Notes: generated by a model not told the origin, from the sequence alone. A DNA stretch of 64,000 nucleotides from Okamejei kenojei (GCA_035221665.1 CM069161.1:3782001-3846000), one strand, 5' to 3'; shown: positions 1-13,039, counted from the first letter of the stretch. Made by a program: numbers and translations.

Positions 1-215
1 CTTCTGGAAATGAGACTGTGGTTCCAGCAGCTAGTCAGAGATTGCTCTGCATTGCATGTCCAGCTGGTGGGGAAGTTTTCATCATCACGGACTGTGTGCT
101 GTAAGCTGCAAATCCTCACAATCCATGCCAAAGGAAAAGCAGGTGAGCTGGAGCCTGAGGGACCTGATGCTTAGGCTGAAGAGCAGGAACAGGCGAAGGA
201 TGAGGAAGGCAGCTG
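1..215 (+). mobile_element. Possible degraded PIF/Harbinger transposase C-terminal remnant
   Basis: Frame fragments LLEMRLWF... and VCCKLQIL, followed by acidic EPEGPDA*AEEQEQAKDEEG, resemble the LLKMRFRCL...CCxLHN-acidic tail of Harbinger transposases. Highly degenerate. Confidence 0.3.
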
Positions 216-699
216 GTGGAATTCCCAGCAGAATGCCAACAGCCTCCTCTCCCAAAATAATAGGGGAGGGAGGCATTTAGTGCCTGGGCAATAAGGGACT
301 CTGTGACAGAAAGCCTTTTCATATAGATATTAAATCAAAGACTCCAATACAGGTAGAATTACTCTCTCTGCATATCAACACTAATCAGCCAAAAGCCCAG
401 GTATCACCTAATCATCCCTCACATGCTTCTGTAGGACCACCTGTACTTATCATATCACTGCAATGACTGACCCCCTGATCCATTCACTGAAGTTGCTCGG
501 TAGAACTGCTTCCAGCTGTGCTTTATCATGAGGGCATAAATCTTGCTCAAATGAGTGAACATTCTCACAGCTGGAGGGGATAGCTGGAGCCACCTCCTGC
601 CAGACTCTTCCAAAGGATGTCTGGTGGGTGTCCTGGTTTAGGATCCTGGGCTGTAGCTCATTGATAAGAATACCGGGTCTCGCACCAAATCCAGGAGCA

Positions 700-776
700 C
701 TCTATATGCTTCATGTGAACTAGGAATTTCATTGCACCCTGGTGTATGTGACAATAAATTAACCTGAATCTGAATT
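700..776 (+). mobile_element. Rex1/Babar-type 3' tail fragment
   Basis: ggaatttcattgcaccctggtgtatgtgacaataaa plus a short-repeat tail, matching the tail architecture of the Rex1-like LINE at 19376. Confidence 0.55.
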
Positions 777-1374
777 GTCTGTTCTGATTAACGTTCTGTG
801 GACATTAAGTACCAATATTTCAATCCTTACACCAAAAGTCTATCCTCAGATACCAAATGAGCCCACAGCACAGACTGTATTATTAGAAGATCAGACATTC
901 CTCAAACTTGAAGCCAACTGAGAAAACTAATGCACGCCCTTCCCAACCTCTTTATCAAACAGAGACACTCTCTGTTTTTTGGAGTTAAACAGTTTCTCAC
1001 CACTTCAGGTACACGTCAGGTACGCAAACTGGGGTCAACTCAAACTCATGAGTTCTAGAATCAACAGAAATGCAGCACAGTTCCACATTGGATGTAGGGA
1101 GATTTCCCCTGGCAAAAGAAAGCCCAGCACCAGGGGCTTCTACTCAAATCCATTATATTAAAGAAAAATACCCATCTCACAAACCACTTTCTTGAACACG
1201 ATCTGGGCATCTTTGCTAGAATTCCATGTCCCAGACCCCTTCAGCTTGCTTGCCACTACCATCCTTTCAAACCACCTTGCAGAATTGATTCCACGCACTT
1301 ACCCATCACAGAAGTTAAGACTAACTGGTCTGCTCTTACTTAGTTTGTCCTTCTCTCCTTCAAACAGCACAATA

Positions 1375-1655
1375 TCTGTGTGGAGTTTTGCATGTTCTTC
1401 TTCCCACGATTGTGTGGGGTTCCCTCCAGCTACTCCATTTCCTCCCACATCCCAAAGTCATCCTTGTCAGCTGGTAAAAGACAAGAGTATAGGGTGAGTA
1501 TAAATTGGCAAGAGTAGAAGTCAGCAAGAATATAGGGTGAGTATTAGAATGTGGAGGGAATTTCTGTGAAAATAATATGAGATTAATGCATGTGGGTGTT
1601 TGAAAGTTGGTGTGGACTTGATTAGTCTCTTTCTGTGCTGCACAATTCTATGATA
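1375..1655 (+). mobile_element. Old, diverged V-SINE (HE1-related) fragment
   Basis: tggagttttgcatgttct...ttcctcccacatcccaaag core and a CR1-like tail (gtgtggacttgat...tctgtgctg). Confidence 0.55.
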
Positions 1656-2229
1656 ATTCCCAATCCTCCAAACCACACATTTAGCTGGTAGTGACTGAAA
1701 TTTGATGCTCAGAACCTCTGTAACTTCACCTCTTACATTATATACCCATTTCTTTATTAGAGTTCAGATTTTGACTTTTATTACAACAAAGACCCTTTGC
1801 CTCTAAAACTACAGGAAACCCAAATGAATGCACAAGACCTGGGGTCCATCATTCTTGGTCAGTACAGAGATTCACAAGCTCTTCTCAAACACATGCCTTT
1901 TCCAGATGTACTGTATTGGGCAAGTGTTCTAGTATTTCTCTCCTCCTAGATTTGGAACCACCACTGTCTGTCTGAAAATAGACAATCCCTCAGAGGTTCT
2001 GTGCTCATCTTGCACGTAGAATTACAGGACAGTATAGGATCACTTCTCTGCTAATTCTCTCATAAATACATCCAATTCTTTATGAATGGCTTTGTTAAAG
2101 GGCAAACCTTCAGTGTTCCTTAACGAAAACTCTGTGAACTTGAATATCTTTGAACTTTCCTTTCTGCAGGATATGAACATCTCCATATTCAAGGTGTACA
2201 CTTCACTGCCTGGACTGTAGACAGTCTGA

Positions 2230-3990
2230 GCACTTAATGTCTGTAACCACTAACATCAGATTCCAGGGAAACTACATGAGACGAAGATCCCTCACTTGCA
2301 GGGGCTTGTGATCCGTCTGCAATGTGCACGTCTTCCATGTGTATTGATGAACCTGTCAAGCACAAATGTCAGACACGTTTGGGCTTGACAATTCAACCAG
2401 TGTGCCTCAGCAGCTATCAGACCTTAACATATGTACGCTCACTGGTTAGCCATTGTGAAAGATTAGCTGCTTCCAGGCCTTTTTCTATGGTGTTTGATGC
2501 ATTAGTTCTTTCCCTCATTGAACCAGTACACATTGCCTCTGTCGTAGCCATCTCTGATTCATTGGACCCTTGGATGCCCATCCAACACCACCTAATCTCA
2601 TTCCTTCTCAGGCATTGCTCACCTCACCCAAATGGAACAGCAATTTTTTTTAGTAGTTGATAAACCCTGTGAAATGGTGGACTCCACCAATGTCCATCAG
2701 ACGTTGTATTTCCATCACTGCCTTCATGAGGATTGGTTGCTGTCCCTCTGTGAGATCACATGGCTCACCATGCAAACAGCAGATTGCTCTTCAATTGCAT
2801 CTCTCCCTGCTTCTGTTCAGGTATATTGCTGGCTGTACACCAGCTTATCTTCTCCAAAGGCTGGAACATCAAGCACATTGGTCTTCTCACCAGCAAGTCC
2901 TTCACACACCTGACATAATCTTTACTGAAACTCTTTGGATGGGGTATCAACCTAAACGGACTCCTCTGTTCCCAATACCTCCCAAAAGGTGTGCTGAAAG
3001 TCGTTAGAAACAAACCGCTATCATGCCCAACTTACCAATATCCATTCTTCACATCCAGCACAATGAAAACTTTTGTGCTGCTCAGATCTGACATAACATC
3101 TTCAATCGTCTTCAGCGCCATATTCAGATTGTGCAACGCCTCATCATGTTGGCTCTTTGCATATCTCGAGCTGAATAACATGGGTTATTGGGAATTCCAC
3201 TGGTGTGGTGATCGCTCCCTCCATCAGTCCTTCCACCGCAGTTCAGTTCCTCTTTGTCATCAGCAAGAACATGTCTTGGAATATTTTCAGTTGTCTACTG
3301 TTATACCAACTCCAGTACTCCAATGTTATTTCTTCTTGAGCTTTTCATTTCCTTCATACCTCTGCCAATTAATTCAGCAACAGTTTCTGCACTCTCATCT
3401 AGTTCCTGGTGTATGGTGATCTCTTCTATTTTCTGGATGGAAGGCTGCTGTTGTTTGTCATACAGTTCTACTGAAGCACAACAAACATGGTGTACTTCTT
3501 CCCACTTTTTGGAATTTGGCTTTCACCTTGGGTTAGCCAATTGGTACGACTGCCATTATTTGCACTTGTGTCTTTTAAGCTTCCTTGCAAACTTATGCTG
3601 AACAATATATGTTCCACTACTTTTCACCTGGAATGTAACCGCTCTCCTCCCTCTGGATTCACTGTAGCAAAGAACTGTATTAGATTATTGGCCAAACCGT
3701 GCGCAGGTGACTTGTTCTGTTTTCTCCAAATCTGAATTCAATTTGACTTTGATCTCAAAACTCATATTTGCCATGACTATCGCTTCTTATTTCCATCTTG
3801 ATAAATGCAGGTTCTTTAGCAACTTGTCAGTTTCTTTGTTGAACTAAATTAAGGCGCATGTTGCAATCAAAAGCGCTTGAACAATGGGTTAGGAAGTAAG
3901 CCATTTCTGTTTCATCTGCTACAGCGTTTGTTAGCTCCAAGTCTAAGCTCCATTTTCTGATGCTATCCTGGTTAGACTCCTATCTCCCAC
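2230..3990 (-). mobile_element. Degenerate Ty3/Gypsy LTR-retrotransposon pol remnant (RT-RNase H)
   Basis: Minus-strand motifs in Gypsy order: VFIVLDVKNGYW, FLTTFSTPFGRY (ORF 2765..3013), GVHHFTGFINY, EKGLEAA, and the RNase H motif QTDHKPL (~2299-2319). Many stops and frameshifts; no LTRs found. Confidence 0.8.
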
Positions 3991-4059
3991 CCTCTCTCAA
4001 CTTGAGCTCATGAACATTTTGATCTGCATTTCCACTTGACCAAGTCTTGTTCACCAAGT

Positions 4060-4400
4060 ACTCATATGCTCACCGATTTGAATAACTCATTTAAACCAGT
4101 ATCCTTACCTATGAACTATCTACAATCCTCCAATTCTTGTCTCTCATACATCCACCATTTTAAATCTCACAGCCAATGGCTACCATATCTCAAGCAGCCA
4201 AGCACCAAGTTCTGGAATTCTTTCCCTGAACCACTCCATCATGTTTTCCCTCTTCTCTTTTATAATTGGCACTGACTAAGCTTCCCAGTAAACTTTCTTA
4301 ATAACTTGGCAGCTTAGTGTCAAATGATACTGATAAAACTTTTGTTAACTGCCTTGGAACATTTCACTTCAGCAAAGATGCAATGTAAATTTAAATTACT
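4060..4400 (+). mobile_element. Old L2-type LINE 3' fragment
   Basis: KFWNSFP(E) motif followed by a tail resembling the L2 3' end (gccttggaacattt...aaagatgcaatgtaaat). Confidence 0.5.
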
Positions 4401-4515
4401 TATGTAATATTTTCTACACCTATAAAGTATGACTGCTCTGAAAATCTCCCCCAAAAACTAGGATAAAAAATTCCTCATGAAACTTACGTTGATTCTAAAC
4501 CATTTTGTGGCTCTG

Positions 4516-4727
4516 ATAGACACAAAATACTGGAGTAACTCAGCGGGACTGGTAGCGTCTCTGGAGATGCTACCAGTACCACTCAAGGAATGGGTGACGT
4601 TTTAGGGTTGTGGGTCTCAACCCAAAACATCACCAATTCCTTCTCTCCAGAGACGCTGCGTGTCCCACAGAGTTACTGCAGCATTTTGAGTCCATCTTAG
4701 TTTTAAACCAGCATCTGCAGTTCCATC
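4516..4727. mobile_element. Penelope-terminus-like fold-back element (diverged)
   Basis: gacacaaaatactggagtaactcagcggg...gggtgacgtttt is inverted against aaaacatcacc...gagttactgcagcattttgagtc. Contains an extra nested inversion (ctggtagcgtctc/gagatgctaccag). Confidence 0.8.
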
Positions 4728-5348
4728 CGACATATTTTGTGGGTCTTTTCTTTATAACCTTCTCTTCAGTGACAGACCTCTGGCTAAGATCCACGCTGCT
4801 TCTTCAAAGGGTAAATGCAAATACTACATTGGATTCAAATGCGTTAACATCAAGCTGAGGATTTGTACCGATTCACTTGTATGTAACTAAAATGCAAACA
4901 GTCTGAAAAAGGTTGGCTTTTAAAAGCAGGCCTTATTTGGACACAGATTTTCCAGCCTCATTACGTTACTACTGAATATTTTCTGAAATATTTGCCACTG
5001 GCAATAACAACAGATGAACTACACAAGTGGAACAGAATAGCACCTGCATGCCCTGCAGCCTTTTGTTTTGGCAATTAATTTGATTTGCTCTTTTTTTCGG
5101 CTTTGTAGAATTTCTTTCAATACTCGGCTTTCCTGGTTGTTTCAGTACTGTGAAGAGCTAACAAGCAGTGGATATCAGCTTTTGCTGCCATTTGCATGGC
5201 TCCTTTCACAGTGAAATACAGAATGAGTGAACAGTGAGTTGGAAATGAAGCACAGAAACATATCCAGCTCAAAATGGCACCCATTCAGCAGTAGCAAAGT
5301 ATCACAGACAGCTTTGAGATTACTGACCAATTAATTACATCAAGAGAA

Positions 5349-6313
5349 ATAACCATATAACAATTACAGCACGGAAACAGGCCCTCTCGGCCCTTCCAGT
5401 CCGTGCCGACCATTTGTTTTCCCCTAGTCCCATCTACCTGCACTCAGACCATACCCCTCCATTCCCTTCACGTCCATATACCTGTCCACTTTACTTTTAA
5501 ATGTTAAAATCGATCCTGCCTCCACCACTTCTGCTGGAAGCTCATTCCACACAGCCACCACCCTCTGAGTAAAGAAGTTCCCCCTCATGTTACCCCTAAA
5601 CCTCTGTCCCTTAATTCTCATGTCATGCCCTCTTGTTTGAATCTTCCCTACCCTCAATGGGAAAAACGTATCCACGTCAACTCTGTCTATCCCTTTCATC
5701 ATTTTAAAGACCTCAATCAAGTCCCCCCTTAACCTTCTGCGCTCCAAAGAATAAAGACCTAACTTGTTCAACCTTTCTCTGTAACATAGTTGCTGGAACC
5801 CTGGCAACATTCTAGTAAATCTCCTCTGTACTCTCTCTATTTTGTTGACATCCTTCCTATAACTAGGCGACCAAAATTGTACACCATACTCCAGAATTGG
5901 TCTTACCAATGCCTTGTACAATTTTAACATTACTTCCCTACTCCTATATTCAATGCTCTGATTTATAAAGGCCAGCACACCAAAGGCTTTCTTTACCACC
6001 CTATCTACATGCGATTCCACCTTCAGGGAACTATGCACAGTTATTCCTAGATCCCTCTGTTCCACAGCATTCCTCAATTTCCTACCATTTACCATGTATG
6101 TCCTATTTTGATTTGTCCTGCCAAGATGTAGCACTTCACACTTAACAGCATTAAACTTCATCTGCCATCTTTCAGCCCACTTTTCCAAATGGCCCAAATC
6201 TCTCTGTAGACTTTGAAAATCTACTTCATTATCCACACCACCTATCTTAGTATCATCTGCATACTTACTTATCCAATTTTCCACCCCATCATCCAGATCA
6301 TTGATGTACATTG
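5349..6313 (-). mobile_element. Young 5'-truncated CR1-clade (HER1-like) LINE, RT C-terminal half
   Basis: Uninterrupted ORF 5424..6431 with YINDLD, KYADDTK, LVRPILEY.VQFWSP, LERRRLRGDLIEVFK and VWNELP. The 3' UTR ends in gaagggccgagagggcctgtttccgtgctgt. The ~40 N-terminal aa of the ORF are flank. Confidence 0.95.
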
Positions 6314-7716
6314 ATGAAATGCAGAAATTGATGGAACAATTAAAATTGGAATTTCCCATTACACAATTCACTGATGATTTGAGGTTTTGCAGTTTTAAAT
6401 AAATCATTTTGCAGATATTGCACAGAACCACACAAATCTATGAGCATGCGCCTTTGCTTGGGAGGTTTGTGAAGAACCCCCACTCTACCAGGCAAAGTTA
6501 ATTCCAGTCTCACAAACCTATTCCTTGGCATTATACCAACCCACCTTGCATCTGCACAAAAAGGTGCTCCTCGGAATCTATTCCTGTTTCTTATGAGAGC
6601 AGCTTGCACGTGTCCTTAGTCTTTAGCATCATCATGGAGCACAGAAACATGCTTTTTGGCTACTGAGACCAGACTGACCATCAAGAAACCATTTGCACTG
6701 ATTCCTGGTGCCATGAATTATATTAGTTTATTATCTACCACATAAGTACATAACATTTATATAAACGTATACTTCCACTGTTAAGATTATTTGGCCTAAT
6801 CTTTGACTCTCTTGAAAATGTCAATCAGACCCTTTCATCTCTTTCCCAGTTATGTGGCAATTACGATTTTAATCCCTGCCTCCATTTGCAAGATCTGAAG
6901 GCCCCGACAACTTCCATATATGAATGGAGAACAATCAACTTTAGTTCTATACAGAAATAAATGTAAGCAGTTCCTTCACTATTAGTGATTAAACTCTTTC
7001 CGACAAACTATACCGAACTGGAAGCACAACAGCCTTTGTTCTTTTCAGTACATCTTCACCAAAATGCACAATTTTGACCTTGGTTAAAAGGTCACAGATT
7101 GCCAACAGACTCATGGACATTTAAACATCCATATCTTTGTGAAGAATTCTGGCGCAACTTCAAATCTGTGAGATATGGCTCTAATTTTTAGATGAGTCCC
7201 TACAGTTTTAGACTTCTCAACCTGCAGGAATAGGACAGTCAGACTGAAACTCCATAGTATTGTTTATTTTGTGTAATGGCAATTTAGGTAATGGAACATT
7301 ATACCCTTATGGAAATTACAAATCACAATTTTTAAAAAATGAGATATTAAATAAAAATTCACATTTATGGAATTTGAGAGAACAAAAATAGCCAAACACA
7401 GTAAGCCAACCAAATGTCAATTCTTTTCATGTGTTCGTGTTGTGAAAATTACTGTTTGGACGGTTTTCGAGGAACACAACTTCATGCGCTAAACTTCAAA
7501 TCACTTCTTAAGCACTCAAAGTTCAAGAATATAACCGTAGTTTATGTGATCTCACTTTAACTGAGTATTTGGAGTTCAGGTGTCATTTTGGTTAATCTAC
7601 ACTGTACTTCAAGATTCTTCTCATGTGCTGCCCTCAAATTCTATTTATGAGCTTTTGTTCACAGCTTTGGTGACACTTCAAACAGAAGGTACCCAACAAA
7701 ATCTGTCATCTGAATC

Positions 7717-7722
7717 TTTATT
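7717..7722 (-). terminator. Candidate polyadenylation signal AATAAA for NSF
   Basis: Plus-strand tttatt. The minus-strand downstream sequence is G/U-rich (ttttgttgggt...tctgtttg). An alternative AATAAA lies at 7263-7268. Confidence 0.5.
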
Positions 7723-9766
7723 GCATCACAGCTGCATTCAAGTCTACATTAAACAGCTTTCAATAACAGTACATTTTCACTGTAAAAAGATTTACATCAC
7801 GGTAGAACAGAATTCATTATAACTTGGGACATTGGATGAGCCATAGATCTATGAGACTATTTAAGCACCATCAAACGATGCCCATGCTTATGCCCATTAA
7901 TTTACACCAATATTTCACCTCAACACAGAAGCTTTTTTAGAACAATTGTTTTTTTTAAATACTTACAGATTGGAAACAGCACAGAAATAAATAGTCATGA
8001 AATAAAGTTGTATTTCTCCAAACAAGATGTCAAAACATTTATCAGTAGATATCTGCATTCAAGGTTTTAGTTTGATCACTTTCATTGTATAATTTCATCT
8101 CTTTCCCAGTTATGTGGCAATTAAGATTTTATAATTTTTGAGTTAATGGACAATAACCTCAATTGGTTATCACAGAATGCTGGAAAATACTAAAAGAAAA
8201 TGTCTTGGCCCAATTTTTTCTGGTGGATTTTGTTCACAATGTAATACTGTGACTCACCTATTGGTATACACTACAATTTGAGTATATTAATTAACCTGTG
8301 TAGCATCTGCAGCATTATAAAATGACAGATCCTAGATTATGGGCTATAGATCAAGGATAAAGTGAGAAGACAGTCGGCAACCTAACTATCCACCAGCAGC
8401 CCAGAAGCACACTCACAAATACTGGATCATGATTTCTCTTCACAGCGACATTTGCATCATATCATCTTTGGTGACTGAAAATAATGGTTGCAGAAGGGGG
8501 TAATCTTTACACAGCCTGAAAGCACTATAACATTCCTAAATGCTTGGATGCAGATGCACGGATATACCAAGCCTGGCTGGACACTGATTTCCCAGTGCCA
8601 TCTGACACATCAGGAAATTTGTTATGATTAGGAGCTGTACCTACTTTTGCACTCAGCCAACCAAGAGTCATGCAGTTAAGATCTCCATTATTCTTCAAAT
8701 TTTCATTCAAAAAGAGTTTGAAACATGAAAGTTTTGCAAAAATATTTTTGGAACCCAAAAACAAATGTGATGATTACCCAAATCAAACAATGAATCCTCT
8801 TTCCAACCCATGGCTCCTGTAGTGCACAGGGAACCAGAAATATAATACAATTCAAATTAGCTTACTCTAAATTTCCAGAGTTGCATAAATTGTGATTTGC
8901 CCTGTCCACTTAGACTGCAGCTGTACATGGCTAGAGAATCATGGCTAGAGAGGTGAGAGAATCTATTCTCGTGATTGAGATCTGCACTGAATCTGATTCA
9001 CACAAATGCAGGAGTGAGAGGGACGTGGAGCAACAGAACAATAAGGGTCAAGTGCATTAAATATTTCACAGATGGCCCCAAATAGCATAGTCACAATTCA
9101 TTGCAATCACACATGCAGAACGACAATAACAAAAGCATTTGAATATTTAAGTGTGTCAAAAATAATGCTTTGATTTATATTGTACATTAAAAAAAAAGTA
9201 GGCTCCATCAAATTGTGGAGAGAATTTTGAGAAGAAAAATGGAAGTTCATTAGATTTTAAAACAATATTGCAGACATTTTAAGAACCCACAAGGATGAAA
9301 GAATGATACCATCTCTGGAATTTTAGTTATAGAAAGTCAAGCTTCAGCATCAAACAGATGCTGTCTGAAGTAAATTAAGTCGGTGAGAATCAAAGGGAGT
9401 TCAGCAATGCTACACACATAAGGATGCACCATTGCAGCCAAGCCGTACATATGGGAATAAAATTGCATGCAAATCCCTGTTGTGAGATTTTCTGCCTCTC
9501 TCAATCCCAATAAAACAATACATTTTTATCGTACACGTACAGACCAATCCAACATATTGCAAATTCCAATGCTCATTTTTCCGACAACGTCAATTAGTTT
9601 ATGTGCAAAATTTAACAAAATAATGTTCACATTAAAAGGTCTAAGATTTGAACTGCAGTGAAGAGGAATCCCTGATCTGCATCGTAACAAGTGAAAATAT
9701 CCTTAAAAATGCCTGGTGCATGTCCAATACTAAAATCAATAAAACCAAGAATGCCGATGTCTATGT

Positions 9767-9768
<2 letters not shown>

Positions 9769-9825
<57 letters not shown>
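9769..9825. repeat. (TA)n microsatellite, about 28 units, in the putative NSF 3' UTR
   Basis: Direct read of an uninterrupted TA run. Confidence 0.97.
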
Positions 9826-9828
<3 letters not shown>

Positions 9829-9990
9829 TAGTTTTAATTTAAGACATTTAAGAGGAGTTTCTTTGCAAGGAGCATGCACAATGCTAAGGGTCTTTAGACT
9901 CAAGATTCCTTTCTTCTTAGATGACCAATGAAATTGGTGCCTCTTCATTAGATGTGATTCACAGTGATGACCAAATGGTCTTTCCTGTTT

Positions 9991-10021
9991 TTATTGCCAA
10001 TGGTCCCGGCGATGAGGGTCA
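9991..10021 (-). CDS. NSF: NSF terminal coding exon (coding part), (S)DPHRRDHWQ-stop
   Basis: Pyrimidine-rich acceptor tttctcttggttatatcttacAG, 249 bp past the previous donor. The phase fits (AG+T = Ser), Pro aligns with human A-S-P-L-D-F-D, and TAA is at 9993-9991. Confidence 0.75.
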
Positions 10022-10270
10022 CTGTAAGATATAACCAAGAGAAAGTGCACTGAGAAATATTATAGGAAAGTAGTTTCCAGTTATTCATAAGTTGTTTGTT
10101 AACTCCAAATCAATTATTTCTATATTTTCCCGAGCAGTTTTACACCCAGCTTCCACAACACATTTCAGTCAATCCAAAAGATTTGCTGCCTACAATACAT
10201 AGAAGTTAGTCAACAAATGGGCGGCAAGGTGGTAGGGTGGGGTTACAAAAACAAAACTAAAGAAACCAAC

Positions 10271-10326
10271 CTTCCTTCTTCTTTCAGGAGAGACAAAAAC
10301 TTGTTAACACGGTATTCAGGTCCCAT
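10271..10326 (-). CDS. NSF: NSF penultimate coding exon, 56 bp, phase 0/2
   Basis: Translates MGPEYRVNKFLSLLKEEG plus a split AG (human MDPEYRVRKFLALLREEG). Acceptor atgtttcAG; donor GTTGGT. Confidence 0.95.
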
Positions 10327-10874
10327 CTGAAACATAACCAAGATAGATATGACGTTACAGTCAGTAAATAAACAAAGTAGCATAATCTTCGGACGTGGTC
10401 AGCAAATGTGAAGAGCAACAAATGAAAACCTACATTCAGAAAGTCCTGATCAAGCCCTGGTGTTTAAGGAACCAAAATCCATTGATTAAACATTGAGCTC
10501 ACATTCCTCTACCCTGAATTCTGGAGCTAAAGGTTAAAACACCAACTCAATGGTGGCTGAGGTAACTTGTGCCAAAGGTGTTGACAACAAATGTTTACAC
10601 AGAAGAACAAACTGGAACTTTTTAGAGAAGTCTTCTCCCAAATTTTCCCTTTTGCTCCTCTTCTCCTAAAGGCATCAGTTCTAACTAAAAGGCATTCTGA
10701 CGCCATCAACTGAATTTCAGCTGTCAGAGGTGAAGGCATTCTAGACATAAGGCAAACAGACATGACTACAATACTACTTAGCAGTAACCAGCGATAGAAG
10801 TAGTAAAGATAAATGTTGAAGTGCAAATCTGAACATTAGTGGGAAACCGACAGGTGTAACAGCTTGAAATGCAG

Positions 10875-11066
10875 AGGAAGGAACTGCAGATGCTGGTTTA
10901 AACCAAATGCAGACACAAAATGTTGGAGTAACTCAGCAAAACAGGCAGCATCACCGGAGAGAAGGAATGGGTAATGTTTCGGGTCTCGAACCAAAACGTC
11001 ACCCATTCCTTCTCTCCAGAGATGCTGCCTGTCCTGCTGAGTTACTCCAACATTTTGTGTCTATCT
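10875..11066. mobile_element. Penelope-terminus-like fold-back element
   Basis: agacacaaaatgttggagtaactcagc...gaaggaatgggtaatgtttc is inverted against aaaacgtcacccattccttc...gagttactccaacattttgtgtct. The junction is at gggtctcgaacc. Confidence 0.85.
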
Positions 11067-13039
11067 TAGATATATCAGCTTGTCTGAATACATGGGGTGC
11101 ACGAGAAGGGAAGAACCACTAGACAATGCATTGGAGTAAAAATGCCCAATGATTTCCACTGACTATCTGCTCCCCTCTTCTTAACGCAGGGGCTCGACAC
11201 ATTTCAATGGAGTAGCAGAGACCATTACTGACGTGATTGTACCAGATAAAGCACCATCTTAGACTTGAGGAGAACAGGCCATTAATTCCTATTGCAGAGG
11301 GAGCGCTGTGCTATTTCAACCATTCATTGACACATCTAAGCTAGACCATCAATTACTGCCGATGGACAATTATTGCAGGTAGTTTTTCCTGGGCCCTCTA
11401 CAATTCTTTGAGAAAGAAAATTAGCTTGAAACTAGAGAGAAAAATTCCACACATTTCAAAGGAGCAAAAAATCATATACTTGAAACTACTGAAAATATTG
11501 AATTTATCTTTTATTATTTTTAAACATTCTATTTTACATTTAAGCAACTAATTAATTTTGCTACATTAAATTCAAAGGTAATTATGTAGGAAATTTGCTT
11601 AATAATTTCAATCTTAATCAACAAATCCCCCAAAGTAATTTGCATCCAAAATCCAATTTATGTTCTTGAATAATTTCCACGACTAAAATTATCACATTTA
11701 TGTTTCATCATCAAGGATATGGGATCAAAAGCAAGTGATTCTCAAGGCTAGCAATGGGTACAATGTAAGAGAATATTATAAAATATTAGAAGTTAAAATG
11801 CATGCATAAAATACAAGATAAAAACAGCTGAACAAGTTTATGATGTGGACTTCTATGGTTAAGCCAAAAACTGATGAGCACATTGGAATTTACAAAGCTC
11901 TCCAGCCAAAACAACAATTAAATGAAGAATGACTCAGGATTCTTGCCTAACAATTCGACTTGGGGGATCTGAATGTGCAGCGAATTAGACTTTGTACTTT
12001 TCACCAAACATCTAGACTTAAATCCAGCCAAGGCTGATCAAGTAGGAGCACTCTCAGTGACTTTTACGAATTTCACTTGAAATAAGTACAAATAATTTAA
12101 CATTTACAGATAAATAATCACATATATAAAGGCACCAAACTATTAAAATTATACAAATTAATTATACTCCATTTAAGGCATCTCCCTTGTGAATGTGAAT
12201 CGTGAATTTATAATTGCACAACTAATAGAAGAATATGCAAGAAACATTAAATGATGAAAGCTTTTGTTTACAGGGGCAGTATCCAGATAACTTTCTTATG
12301 TTTAACAAAATTCTTTTCCACTTCATTGTGCCAATTTTCATTTGAGAAATAAATTCTCTCTTTGGATTTTTCTGATCTGTATATAATCTATATATATACA
12401 CTAAATTCCTCATGAGGATTACATTGAGGATTACCCAACATTTTGTGCAACTTCCAAATCTTTTCCTGCTGCTCATTGTGAAGTCAGGGGGCATCCAGTT
12501 TACACAGAGGCAGCAGAGGATAAATGGTTTTGTTTGGGAATGAGTTAAGGTGAAATTTCTGTATTCCAATGGCCAAAGGTTTTTTTAGAATTCCCTATCT
12601 CAGAGCTCTGATGGATGTTATTTGCTGATTATATTGATTTTTGTAATTGATGGCAAGGATGTGGGGAGACATCAACAAGGAAGAGATGCTGCATGTCCCA
12701 TAATCTTACTGAATTTCACAGCAAGTTTGAAGGATCGAATCCTGCTTGTAAACATAAATTAGGAGCTGGAATAGATCTTTGACCTCTGAATTTTGGCTTC
12801 TATTCTACTTTCTTCAACATTCGAGGTGGGAATAACCAAATTGAATGCACCCTTCATTCTATTTATATGCATTCACACCAGCTGGTTGGCTGGTGTGTTC
12901 GTTTATAAAAAGGAATGCATTTCATTACTGAATCCCAACTTCTGGGGACTTCATTCATTTACAAGGATATACACATCCTCATATACATGGGGTGAGAGCT
13001 TGCAGTGCAAACACTAATGAGAGCTGTGTACATACTCAA

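Larger units (their letters stand above)
7700..9990 (-). other. NSF: Putative NSF 3' UTR (~2.3 kb)
   Basis: AT-rich stretch with no recognisable TE, directly after the stop codon, ending near a minus-strand AATAAA at 7717-7722. The end point is inferred. Confidence 0.55.

Noticed and set aside
95-113. Exact 19-mer tgtgctgtaagctgcaaat shared with 63017-63035
   Set aside because: The match does not extend into the flanks, and the two contexts are unrelated. Most likely chance.
5424-6431. 335-aa ORF as a host gene
   Set aside because: It is CR1 LINE ORF2 (RT C-terminus). The N-terminal ~40 aa are read-through from flanking DNA.
1-7000. WNT3 coding exons expected from synteny
   Set aside because: No Wnt-like cysteine-pattern translation was found in the ORF track or by eye.
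9648-9948. ORFs with YIYIYI runs
   Set aside because: These are translations of the (TA)n microsatellite.
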